A DNA stretch of 30,768 nt. It comes from a virus. Taxonomy: Duplodnaviria > Caudoviricetes. Positions 10,601 to 18,377 of the stretch are shown here, piece after piece. The notes beneath the pieces are model-generated. The model did no database searches. It saw nothing but the letters and a program-made list of their open reading frames with translations, and was not told the origin of the DNA. The position numbers were made by a program, and so were the translations under genes. Positions within the stretch are counted from its first letter, which is position 1, and each line of letters opens with the position of its first letter. The stretch is from positions 1 to 30,768 of the IMG/VR virus record IMGVR_UViG_3300027672_000050. One strand, 5' to 3'.

Positions 10601-11973
10601 CTATTTGTTTTTAAAGAACTGTTAGGATGAGAAACAGAGCTTGTTGTGTTTATAGATTTAGAAACTGGTTCAAAGGTTAAGGTATCAGACAGTCCTAATG
10701 TAACATCTTTACTTAAGGTTATAATAGCACCGGTTATATCTGTTATAAAGGTTTCTGAAGGCACTCCAATAGCTATAACTACACTACCAACAGCTACAAC
10801 GCCACTAATGCTAGAAATTGATACTGAGTTGGAGCTTTCTATAGAGCTAACTACAGCTGAGCCATTGTTAAGATTAAAGCTTAATTTTTCTGATACTAAA
10901 ACATTGTAGTCTATAATAGATGGAGGAGTGTGCTTGTCTTGAAAATTACCATAAACAACTCTATTGCTTATAATTTCTTGAGAAAGCGCTTTTACCGGTA
11001 CTTTATCATACACTCTAGTAATTTCATTTGATGGTAATGTTTTATAAGGTTTTCTAGAGTTGTAAACGTAAACAAAAAAGTTTGGATCACCTATAGTTAG
11101 CTCCACTCCACTAGATATACTTTGCGCAGCGCTAAGCGTTATAACGCCGCTTGTTGTAGAGTTTTCATCATATTCAAAACTAACTACAGTTGGATAACCA
11201 GTTACACCAACTCCTTTTACTATTTCACCTATTTTAATACCTCCTTTTAAATTAGTAAACAAAACAGCTACAGACGCTTGAGGTGATGAACCAGTGGTGA
11301 AAACTCCAGAAGAATTTTCTATATCGCTTATACTAATTGTGTCTACGACCTTAATATTTAAACCTTCTGACTCTTTATATAATACATCAATACCAGTTAT
11401 TTTTAAAGCTTGATTAATTTCGTAATTAACGTAAGGTAGTGGTATTCTTAAATCTAGTTTATTAACTTTATTCTCAACAAAAGAAACAACAGTGCTTCTA
11501 AAAGCGTTTGATTCATCATTAACTTTATCAAGATTTTCTTTATCAGTGTACATGAAGTAACCATCTTGTTTAGGTATAAATGCTGACTGAGTAAAAGTAG
11601 AAAATAAAGATTTTTCTCCATCATCGTATTTAAACCTGTAAGCAAATCTAACAAATTTGTCTTCTAAAAAAGACGGATCACCCGCGTATTCAGGATCGTA
11701 ATATGGGTTTGAATTAAACACTAGTTTTTGACCAGCAGTTAAAGACGGTAGATTTCCACCTAATACAGTTATATCCCAATAAGAATTAACAGAATCGTAA
11801 ACAGCAGTGCTTAATGTAACTCCATTGACATTTACTATATAACCAGTAGTAGTATCAACATAAGAGACAGAAGCCCCTGTGTTGTAATTATCTGACGTTA
11901 CCACTAAATCTCCTTTAATGTTTTTTATAACTGCTGTTGTACTAGTCGAAGAAACAACTACTCCGGTACCTCC
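6112..11973 (-). repeat. Dispersed protein-level repeat: ~65-85 aa beta module (consensus I/L-x-x-I-x-G-x-L/I/V-x-V/I-G-x-x-V-x-G-x-G-V-x-x-x-T-x-I/V-x-x-I), about 8 copies
   Basis: Approximate copies at 6112-6309, 8086-8280 (inside 7975-8373), 9481-9696 (inside 9413-9858), 10669-10863, 11089-11307 and a divergent one at 11716-11973. Example pair: IPLNQIKGSLVVGKAVLGEGVTTGTVIVSITG vs IPLKQINGSLAVGNTVAGDGVASGTVITAING. Confidence 0.7.
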
Positions 11974-12627
11974 GTTAGGATAGTTTAAACTAGTAACATC
12001 TTTAAGTGTTGATTCATAATCACCAACGCTAGAGCCAGTTATAATACTAGGCTGATAAGTCTGTATAGCTTCATACGGATTATATTTAGCTACAGATATA
12101 TGATCTTCGCTTGTGTAGTAAGTGGGATTAGAAATGTTATTTTTATTTGCAATAGATACATTTATCTTTCTTGGTTGATTTCGGTTATCTGTCCAAAACA
12201 ATAAGTTTTCTAGTAAATTAACGCCATATATTGGGTTTGTTTTAGAAAAGTTTAAAAAAGAACCTTCAACTAAAAGAGTTGCTACATCGGATAAAGTATT
12301 ATACGAAAATATAAAATTGCTAGAAGATTTATTATAACTTGGATTTGTTAAATTTACTTCAGAATAATTTGTAAAAAATAAATACAAATTAGAATTAAAT
12401 TCGTCAGCTAAAAATCCAATACAACTTATATCACTAACCCCTGTTATAGCGCTGAAATCCTCTATACGTACGTTACCTAAAACACTTTCAAGCGCGCCAA
12501 CGTCAGAACTTTCTGATCTACTAACTTGAACATTTGAAGCGTTTCTATATTCTCCTGATGGTAGAAGTCTACTATCAAGATCTTTATTCATTTTAGACTT
12601 TATAAAAGCGTTTTTAACTTCTGCCAT
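7648..12627 (-). CDS. Tail nozzle/stabilisation protein, N-terminal part with inserted beta modules and a cadherin-like domain (1659 aa)
   Basis: N-terminus KMNKDLDSRLLPSGEYRNASNV, then LLFWTDNRNQPRKIN, FVRFAYRFKYDDGE, QEIISNRVVYGNF and RTYQVGIVLSDRYGRQS, motifs characteristic of crAss-like stabilisation proteins. Follows two tail ring genes. Confidence 0.75.
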   Translation of the reverse strand: MAEVKNAFIKSKMNKDLDSRLLPSGEYRNASNVQVSRSESSDVGALESVLGNVRIEDFSAITGVSDISCIGFLADEFNSNLYLFFTNYSEVNLTNPSYNKSSSNFIFSYNTLSDVATLLVEGSFLNFSKTNPIYGVNLLENLLFWTDNRNQPRKINVSIANKNNISNPTYYTSEDHISVAKYNPYEAIQTYQPSIITGSSVGDYESTLKDVTSLNYPNGGTGVVVSSTSTTAVIKNIKGDLVVTSDNYNTGASVSYVDTTTGYIVNVNGVTLSTAVYDSVNSYWDITVLGGNLPSLTAGQKLVFNSNPYYDPEYAGDPSFLEDKFVRFAYRFKYDDGEKSLFSTFTQSAFIPKQDGYFMYTDKENLDKVNDESNAFRSTVVSFVENKVNKLDLRIPLPYVNYEINQALKITGIDVLYKESEGLNIKVVDTISISDIENSSGVFTTGSSPQASVAVLFTNLKGGIKIGEIVKGVGVTGYPTVVSFEYDENSTTSGVITLSAAQSISSGVELTIGDPNFFVYVYNSRKPYKTLPSNEITRVYDKVPVKALSQEIISNRVVYGNFQDKHTPPSIIDYNVLVSEKLSFNLNNGSAVVSSIESSNSVSISSISGVVAVGSVVIAIGVPSETFITDITGAIITLSKDVTLGLSDTLTFEPVSKSINTTSSVSHPNSSLKTNRTYQVGIVLSDRYGRQSTTILSNNSSYVEINGNGFIGSTLFSPYIDSSINPIDWLGNSIKLSINKQIGTTKNYVNGEPGVYNGESDSDSYNPLGWYSFKVVVKQNEQEYYNVYLPGIMASYPTDTTLELGNTSHIALTSDNINKVPRDLTEIGPDQKLYRSSVQLFGRVQNSSEAIILNVGEGNAQYFPGAATDVVTSIADMSTLFDYNSQDPPIPNLFPQFYSFTSNPLIAKISTNAKIGQIATTNFFTFTGIISLTATSDLIRLIGVSGDTSNVQVGDNITGPGLPENLKVDSGGFTPQPATGTLITAQASTSTNEIELQTTSLLEIGDSLSGTGVPDNTFVLDIVLNTGAPMTVTLNQDVAVVNGTQLSYKAAATIDATFSVNVTAGDSATVSSFKTPGIQQLAIYETEPVVSSLDIFWETSTTGLIGEINEGILTTNVNGLAAAGINDHNTTPFTEALWPTQATPPVYPAIFTAPIYLVDAFQQKTPVSQINSPLTIASVISGGINVQTSYSSGAYFLLTETTTGSGEYNIFTTQAYMDNVYFNSNSSLNNFQFNFTATVNGQTASFNETITLVNENPIILSSIDETPPYTGLISTEFISPTIQNIITLVGYNGSAGTTVDVSNPPLNRSQDLVWSKESEVSSTGTNTNYFAINSSTGAITNTGYQNTSMPADNYTVKIKLSDPSLSTFRDVKINMALDVSGFVIETINGTLGQTSGGAAYTRTWFKMYIAPRNTSVYGAATVASIVNSNTITVSNLSGIVQPNQFAVLQNATALVDGAVLSYDIPLKQINGSLAVGNTVAGDGVASGTVITAINGSIITTNNIQLLDDNAEVFIEKRFVNFINSVVGNTITFNNFAGSLGLSVGDAVLFESVSVDLAAGWYYYVDVTNSNQTDPWGHMIANSGAPVTGGVILIPAGGDAAGRTCDTWKSFLLNESAARTEFLAGQCIPTLFTYTITQSTVFNPDPVNFTFEYEDGVYNA

Positions 12628-12636
12628 ATCTATATA

Positions 12637-13842
12637 TTATTTTATCCACTTAGATTTACCTCTCATTACTTGCGTTATTTCTTCTAATTTAATATTAGAT
12701 AATCTTATTTTAGCATTTCTAAGTTTAGCAACTTTTTCTCTTTTTAATCTATTGATAACATACTCAGGCTGGTTTGACTTAATAGCCATAACAGCATAGT
12801 TTATATAAGCATATAAAGCTTCTTCTGCTAGCTTAGGTATTCTAGTATCTAAATCACTTGATAAGCCATCTGATACATACTCTAAAACTATTAATTTATC
12901 TTTTAAATTACTAGAAAAAGACATTTTACCTTCCCTATCATTTATAGTAAACCAACCATTACTCTGCGAGGTTTGAGGATCTAAGCCGTATTGTTGACCA
13001 ACTCCTATAGAGCTAAATACACCATATGCATCATAATCAAGAATAACATTATCATTCAACGTGTTACCACTTATTAAATTGTCGTTAGCATTTCTCCATC
13101 TTTCCTCAGTTAGCGAAGTACCTTGTAAGTTTTCACCAAAATTATCCTGAGTTGGAATACCTTTACCGTCCTGTATAGGATTTTCATAAGGATTTGTAGT
13201 TAAGTTATTGGCTGGGTATATAGGTCTTTTGACACCTAGTTGATCTATCCAAGAAACACTAACATAGTTAACATAGTCTTGAGGTATAACAACGCTTAAA
13301 CTAGGTGGTATACTTAATTCTTGAGACTTTACACTTTTCAATGTATCGTAGCTAAATTCTTGTAAACCTCTTTTAGCATGAAATATTATATCTGTACGTT
13401 TAACACTTGGAATTAATTTACCAGCTCCTACGTAAGCGACTAAGAAATTATTTATAACATCACTAAGTTTAGTATAAGAATAACCCCCGTAATTATTTTC
13501 AACAGTTTGACCAAAAGCGTCTCTGTCTCCGTAATTACCTCCGTCTAATATTTTCAATTGAACAACTACACTAGTGTTAACAGGTAAAGCTGCTGTAAAA
13601 GTTACAACATTACCTATAACAGTATAAGCCGCCGTGTACTCAGTATAAGTAAAAGCACCAGGAGCCGAAGTGTAAAGTTTAAAATTGTTTAAAGCATAAT
13701 TTGTTTTAGAAGGATCATTGCTGCCAAATACTAAATTAGTATTAAAAGTAGTTGTAAAAGACTCATTGATAGCACCAGTAGCTGAGGTAAAGCCTTGAGC
13801 ACCTGCGTAATACTGTTCGTTAGTTTCTGTTATTAATGACAT
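12637..13842 (-). CDS. Tail tubular/ring protein (401 aa)
   Basis: Motifs DVINNFLVAYVG, FHAKRGLQEFSYDTLKS, PQDYVNYV and LEYVSDGL...IPKLAEEALYAYI. Position between the capsid and nozzle genes, as in crAss-like phages. Confidence 0.65.
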   Translation of the reverse strand: MSLITETNEQYYAGAQGFTSATGAINESFTTTFNTNLVFGSNDPSKTNYALNNFKLYTSAPGAFTYTEYTAAYTVIGNVVTFTAALPVNTSVVVQLKILDGGNYGDRDAFGQTVENNYGGYSYTKLSDVINNFLVAYVGAGKLIPSVKRTDIIFHAKRGLQEFSYDTLKSVKSQELSIPPSLSVVIPQDYVNYVSVSWIDQLGVKRPIYPANNLTTNPYENPIQDGKGIPTQDNFGENLQGTSLTEERWRNANDNLISGNTLNDNVILDYDAYGVFSSIGVGQQYGLDPQTSQSNGWFTINDREGKMSFSSNLKDKLIVLEYVSDGLSSDLDTRIPKLAEEALYAYINYAVMAIKSNQPEYVINRLKREKVAKLRNAKIRLSNIKLEEITQVMRGKSKWIK

Positions 13843-13845
13843 CTA

Positions 13846-14610
13846 TTAGCTTTTTTGATTTATTTCGTTTTGTTGTATCTCTTGAGCAGCTACTTGTATA
13901 ATCTGAGGATCTCTTATTATAACTCCAGAATAAAATAATATTCTAGTTACAACCTCGACTTGCTCTGAGCTGTTTAATTCAAAGTTTATAGAGTTAGCAG
14001 AGTCGTATATATATTGACCAACAGTACCTAAAGTAAAATTCCAAGCTATATTCCTAGGTGCTCTAAGTAAACTAGTTGAAACACCGCTCTGTATAGTGTC
14101 AGGTTTAACTATCAATTTATTAGACTCGTATAAATAAGTTGGAAAGCTTTCAGTTGAAGCCGTTAGTGGTGATCTTTGTATGTTGTAAAATTCGTTTCTA
14201 GACAACCTTTGTATCTCAGTTGATAAACCGTTTACAGGTGTAAACACAGGTGTGCCTAATTTATAAAAAGAAACTGCGCTACCTTGAGGTATCGAGCCAT
14301 CGTATATTATGGTAGGATTTTCAAAAACTGGATTTGTAGGTAGATCAAATTTTCCGTTAGCAAATGTACAATCACCTTCAGTTTTAAAAGGAGACATTTT
14401 CTCGTCGATACTCATTTGTCTATCTGAGTAATCATAATCTGATTGTGGCACTCGTAGTTGTTGGTTTAAGTCATCAAAATACTGCTCGAATATATCAAGC
14501 TGTACCTGTGTAGCTGTTCTATTAAACTCGTCAGGTGTAATATATCCACGCTGCTCTTTGTTTAGTATTAATAAAACTGTTTTATATACTGTATCTACGT
14601 TTATTGCCAT
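13846..14610 (-). CDS. Head-tail adaptor/ring protein (254 aa)
   Basis: N-terminal INVDTVYKTVLLILNKEQRGYITPDEFN and C-terminal ILFYSGVIIRDPQIIQVA resemble crAss-like ring proteins; position supports this. Confidence 0.6.
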   Translation of the reverse strand: MAINVDTVYKTVLLILNKEQRGYITPDEFNRTATQVQLDIFEQYFDDLNQQLRVPQSDYDYSDRQMSIDEKMSPFKTEGDCTFANGKFDLPTNPVFENPTIIYDGSIPQGSAVSFYKLGTPVFTPVNGLSTEIQRLSRNEFYNIQRSPLTASTESFPTYLYESNKLIVKPDTIQSGVSTSLLRAPRNIAWNFTLGTVGQYIYDSANSINFELNSSEQVEVVTRILFYSGVIIRDPQIIQVAAQEIQQNEINQKS

Positions 14611-14626
14611 TTTTATTTTTTATTAT

Positions 14627-14662
14627 AATATAACCGGCCACAATTAGCGACCGGTATATATT
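14627..14662 (-). terminator. Intergenic stem-loop, probable intrinsic terminator or processing site
   Basis: Minus strand ACCGGTCGC-TAATT-GTGGCCGGT (9 bp with two G-U pairs that work only on this strand), flanked by AATATA/TATATT. The U-tract is weak. Confidence 0.55.
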
Positions 14663-14674
14663 AATTATTACATG

Positions 14675-15505
14675 TTAATTCATGTTTTTCTCTATTGATC
14701 TAAAAACTTCTACACCTTCATCTGTCTTAAAATAAGAAGCCATAGCTGAATAAGGGTTTTCGTCAAAAGGTACTGTCATAAGTTTTCTACCATTTGATCC
14801 CCAGTTAAACGTTCTTTGGTCTTGAGATAGAACTATAATACCTAATTCAGAAGCTGTAATAGCTACGTTTCTAAGTTGTACATTTTCATCATTAGCTAAT
14901 TCTAAGAATAAAGATGGATTGTTTCTAGCAAACAATAATAAATCTCTTCTAAGCTCTTTAGAACTCATGCTAGATACCTTAGAACCTAACTCAACTCTTA
15001 ATATAGCTTCGCATTGATCTACATCCATTTCACGAGCAGCATTTAAAGCATCTATTTGAAGATCTAAAACATCTAATTCGTCTTCAGCTTTTTCAACCGC
15101 GCTAAACTCTTCGTATAACTTATTTTTAAGTGGGTGATAAAGAGATAATAGTTTTTGTAAATTTTGTTTTTGTTTTGGAACAGTTAAAACACCGTCCATG
15201 AACCTAATGTGACCCATTGTGCATTCTCCTTTTTGTTCATCTACTAGTGGAGAAGATTGGTTTGTAGCATATCTTATCTCTCTTTGTTTTCCAGACTTTT
15301 CATCAAAATACAATAAAGCATGTTTTCTAGTGTGTCTTCCTGGTATTGTAAGAGTTAAAGGGCTTTTATCTCCTTTTAGATAGTATATTCTATCTTTTAT
15401 TTCCCATTCAGGTTTAATTTCTTTTTTAATTGAAGTTGTTGTAACAACTTTTTCTTCTTGAGGAGCAACCTCAACTTTTTTTGCTGGAGCTTTTTTAGTA
15501 GCCAT
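14675..15505 (-). CDS. Conserved virion-module protein downstream of the major capsid gene (276 aa)
   Basis: Lys/Glu-rich disordered N-terminus, then REIRYATNQSSPLVDEQ and SSKELRRDLLLFARNNPSLF. Function unknown. Confidence 0.6.
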   Translation of the reverse strand: MATKKAPAKKVEVAPQEEKVVTTTSIKKEIKPEWEIKDRIYYLKGDKSPLTLTIPGRHTRKHALLYFDEKSGKQREIRYATNQSSPLVDEQKGECTMGHIRFMDGVLTVPKQKQNLQKLLSLYHPLKNKLYEEFSAVEKAEDELDVLDLQIDALNAAREMDVDQCEAILRVELGSKVSSMSSKELRRDLLLFARNNPSLFLELANDENVQLRNVAITASELGIIVLSQDQRTFNWGSNGRKLMTVPFDENPYSAMASYFKTDEGVEVFRSIEKNMN

Positions 15506-15527
15506 AATATGATATAATTTAATAATT
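15503..15527 (-). promoter_or_regulatory. Duplicated 25-nt leader, copy 1 (AATTATTAAATTATATCATATTATG)
   Basis: 24/25 identical to 18343-18367; both copies end at the ATG of a head-module gene. Confidence 0.5.
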
Positions 15528-15536
15528 TGAAAAGTG

Positions 15537-15578
15537 TGACAATAGCCTTAGTATATATATAGTAAGGGGCTAATGTCA
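15537..15578 (-). terminator. Second stem-loop after the major capsid gene
   Basis: Minus strand TGACATTAGCCCCTTACTATATATATACTAAGGCTATTGTCA, an imperfect inverted repeat followed by CACTTTT. Confidence 0.45.
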
Positions 15579-15585
15579 TATAAGA

Positions 15586-15626
15586 GTAATGATTACCCCC
15601 GTAGTTTCAACGAGGGTAAAAATTAC
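15586..15626 (-). terminator. First stem-loop after the major capsid gene
   Basis: Minus strand GTAAT-TT-TTACCCTCGT-TGAAACT-ACGGGGGTAA-TC-ATTAC, a 10-bp core stem with one G-U pair, 20 nt after the capsid stop. Confidence 0.6.
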
Positions 15627-15646
15627 ATTAATTTACTTTTGAATCC

Positions 15647-17107
15647 TTAGATTCCTTTGAATAATACAAAGTTGTTAGCAGCTTGAGTTACTAAACATCT
15701 TTCTGATAAGAAGTTAACTTGCATTGCATCTAAATCAGAAGTTGCAGCACCACCAGCAGAACCAGTTAACCAAGATTTCATTCTTCTATCATCTGATTGA
15801 GAAGCTCTATATCTTACATGTAAGAAAGGTCTTCTGATGTTAGTTCCTAAAATTTGATCATAAACAGTAGAAGTTCCAGCAGGTATTAATACACCTTCAA
15901 TAGAACTGATACCATCGATTCCACCACGAGTAGAAGCATCGTTTAAGTATTTCCAGTCAGTTTTGTAGAAGTCATAAGAACCTCTTCTGAATCCAGAGAA
16001 ACCTAAGTTAAGAGCCATTTCTTCAGAGTTTTCGAATAAACCAAAAGCAGTACCACCAGCGAATCCACCAGAGATAGCAGCTAGCATATCGTCAAAATCA
16101 AGAGATGTTTGTCTCTGTAAGAATAACATGTTCTCTTCAATAGCTCCTTGAGTATCTAAGTTTTTCAAGATGGCATCAAATTCGTCAAGACCAGCAGCAG
16201 CAGTAAATCCTACTTCTACGTTTCCACGAGCTTGAATAGCAGAGAATAAACCTTGAGTACCAGGTAATCCAGCTGAAGCGTTAACACCTGCTGCAATTTG
16301 GTTATACTCACCTTCTACCATACTCATTTCTAAGTAGTCTTCAAAACGTAATCTTGTTTCAGATTCAGCTTTTAAGTACCATAGGTATCCAGATGTTCCG
16401 TCTTCAGTTGCAACTTCTACCCATCCAATTTGAGCCATATCAGATCCAGAAACTTGGTACTGACTTCTGATGATCACAGGAGAGTTAGAGAATTGAGTTA
16501 ATTGAGGCTCTACACTAATACGAGCAGCTGAGTTACCAGCGCCTGCACCTAAGCTACTTCCTTTTGTGTAAGCAGAACCATATACAAATACTTTTAAACT
16601 TGGTATTACACCAACAGCAGTAGCTCCAGCTACAAATCCAGCAACTAAACCAGCACCATTAAAAGGAGCAACAGTAAAGTTACCTCCAGCACCAGCAGTA
16701 GTAGCTGTTACGATTGCTTTTACTTCAACACCAGTTGTAGGGTTTAAAAGAACTACAGTATCATTTATAGAAACAACGTTATTAACGTTAGCCGCTACAG
16801 TAATTACGTTAGTTGTACCAACGTTAGCTCCAATACCAATTCCTTGGTAAGAGATATGTAATCTGTTTTGCTCAGACCAAATTACTTGATCAGAAGTCAT
16901 TGGCATTTCAGCACCAACCATTTTTAAGAATCCAGATAACGTTCTGTTTCCATAACGCTCTACTTCTTGTTCGTAAATTTCAGGTAAATATTGTTGCGCG
17001 AAAGTTGCACCACCTGCACCAGCTGCGTTAAACTGTAAATAGTTTGTAGCTAGTAATTGTTGTGTTTGAGATGGTACTAAACCACCAAACTGAGGAGTTA
17101 AACTCAT
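15647..17107 (-). CDS. Major capsid protein (486 aa)
   Basis: Follows portal and scaffold genes and precedes a stem-loop pair. Motifs QQYLPEIYEQEVERYGNRT, SDQVIWSEQNRLH, GYLWYLKAESETRLRFEDYLEMSM and NLGFSGFRRGSYDFYK match the capsid family of marine Bacteroidota phages. Confidence 0.85.
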   Translation of the reverse strand: MSLTPQFGGLVPSQTQQLLATNYLQFNAAGAGGATFAQQYLPEIYEQEVERYGNRTLSGFLKMVGAEMPMTSDQVIWSEQNRLHISYQGIGIGANVGTTNVITVAANVNNVVSINDTVVLLNPTTGVEVKAIVTATTAGAGGNFTVAPFNGAGLVAGFVAGATAVGVIPSLKVFVYGSAYTKGSSLGAGAGNSAARISVEPQLTQFSNSPVIIRSQYQVSGSDMAQIGWVEVATEDGTSGYLWYLKAESETRLRFEDYLEMSMVEGEYNQIAAGVNASAGLPGTQGLFSAIQARGNVEVGFTAAAGLDEFDAILKNLDTQGAIEENMLFLQRQTSLDFDDMLAAISGGFAGGTAFGLFENSEEMALNLGFSGFRRGSYDFYKTDWKYLNDASTRGGIDGISSIEGVLIPAGTSTVYDQILGTNIRRPFLHVRYRASQSDDRRMKSWLTGSAGGAATSDLDAMQVNFLSERCLVTQAANNFVLFKGI

Positions 17108-17121
17108 AATTTTTGTTTTTT

Positions 17122-18345
17122 TTAGTTAAACTTTTTTGTTTTTATTCTTAATTTTGAAGAATCAAGACCGCTAATAGATTTAACTTTTAAACCATTTACA
17201 AATTCACTACCGTTTACCGCAGTTCTCGGTGTGTCTGTAATGTTCTTAGATTTGTTGACAACGTCTCGAACCGCGTCAGCTTTTCCTTGTTCATAAAAAT
17301 GATTTACAATACTATCTGCATTAGCAGCAATATAAAGAGCTTTGTGATAACCTTTTGTATCTGTTACATCACCTTTGTCGTTAAGGAACTTCCCTACGAA
17401 ATTATTAATGTTAGATTGGTCTTCTGCAACTTTACTAGGATTTTGAACTCCATACCTAAACTTTTTACCACTAACATCGAAATCAAAACCTTTGAAATCG
17501 TTAGCAAAATAGTCTTTAGTTTGAGACGTGAAATCTTCGTGCTGTTTAGCAACTTTATTTTGATCTTCTTTGTATCGGTTGAAAAAGTCAGTAGCTTTTT
17601 GTTGGTCTTGAGTTACGCCTGGTCTCAACTTGATCTCGTCGTAATATTTACTCTTTGTTTCCTCTAAAAAGTTTTTAGCTTTCTCAACTTCTTCTTTAAA
17701 CGCAATTTTTTTCTTGCGTATATCTTTGTCATCATCTAGATCTTCGTCATATTCATAGTCTTCTAGTACTACGTCTATGTCTTGTGAATCTAGATATGGT
17801 TTTGTTTTTTTATAATATTCTTTAAGTAAAGAAGTTTCATCTATAGCAGAGTAGTCAGCATTTAATCTAACATAGTCTTCTACAGTACCTCCAGTATCTT
17901 CCATGAAGTTAACAAGTTTTTCGATGTTTTCAGGTAGCTTTTTACCTAAAACTTTTTCATCTCTTAAAGCTTCTTTTACTTCTTTAGTAACTTCTTTAAC
18001 TTCTTCGGTTTCTTCTTCTGTTATTTCTTGCAGCTGCGTGAACTCGGGAGTATCATTTGAAGAGGTGACTTCGTTTCCTGATCCCACTTCTTGCAATCCC
18101 ACTTTGGGCTGTTCTGTGCGTAGCACGCTTTCCTCTGAGCTTTCGTTTTGAATGGCATTTTCTTCTTCTTGTTTTGGAATAACTACTTTAGTTACAGTAT
18201 CAGGCGCATCTATTAAAGGCTCCTTAATATTAACTTTAGTAATTTCTTGATCTTTTTTAGCTAATTGCTTAGGTTTCTTTGCCTTACCTTTAAGACTAAA
18301 TTCACCTTCCTGCTTAGCAGGTTCATTTGTTTTTACTTCTGACAT
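17122..18345 (-). CDS. Putative capsid scaffolding protein (407 aa)
   Basis: Acidic, Glu/Lys-rich and largely helical or disordered, located between the portal and capsid genes. Confidence 0.7.
   Translation of the reverse strand: MSEVKTNEPAKQEGEFSLKGKAKKPKQLAKKDQEITKVNIKEPLIDAPDTVTKVVIPKQEEENAIQNESSEESVLRTEQPKVGLQEVGSGNEVTSSNDTPEFTQLQEITEEETEEVKEVTKEVKEALRDEKVLGKKLPENIEKLVNFMEDTGGTVEDYVRLNADYSAIDETSLLKEYYKKTKPYLDSQDIDVVLEDYEYDEDLDDDKDIRKKKIAFKEEVEKAKNFLEETKSKYYDEIKLRPGVTQDQQKATDFFNRYKEDQNKVAKQHEDFTSQTKDYFANDFKGFDFDVSGKKFRYGVQNPSKVAEDQSNINNFVGKFLNDKGDVTDTKGYHKALYIAANADSIVNHFYEQGKADAVRDVVNKSKNITDTPRTAVNGSEFVNGLKVKSISGLDSSKLRIKTKKFN
18021..18158 (-). CDS. Overprinted 45-aa basic protein in the +1 frame of the scaffold gene (MPFKTKAQRKACYAQNSPKWDCKKWDQETKSPLQMILPSSRSCKK)
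   Basis: ATG at 18158 after an A-rich leader (CAAGAAGAAGAAA-ATG), TAA at 18023-18021. Hand count gives 65/138 G+C (47%) versus 25-30% in nearby 60-nt blocks. Shares the M-P-F-K start and KSPL motif with free-standing small genes in this window. Confidence 0.6.
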   Translation of the reverse strand: MPFKTKAQRKACYAQNSPKWDCKKWDQETKSPLQMILPSSRSCKK

Positions 18346-18367
18346 AATATGATATAATTAAATAATT
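18343..18367 (-). promoter_or_regulatory. Duplicated 25-nt leader, copy 2 (AATTATTTAATTATATCATATTATG)
   Basis: 24/25 identical to 15503-15527. Confidence 0.5.
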
Positions 18368-18377
18368 AAGTACAGCT

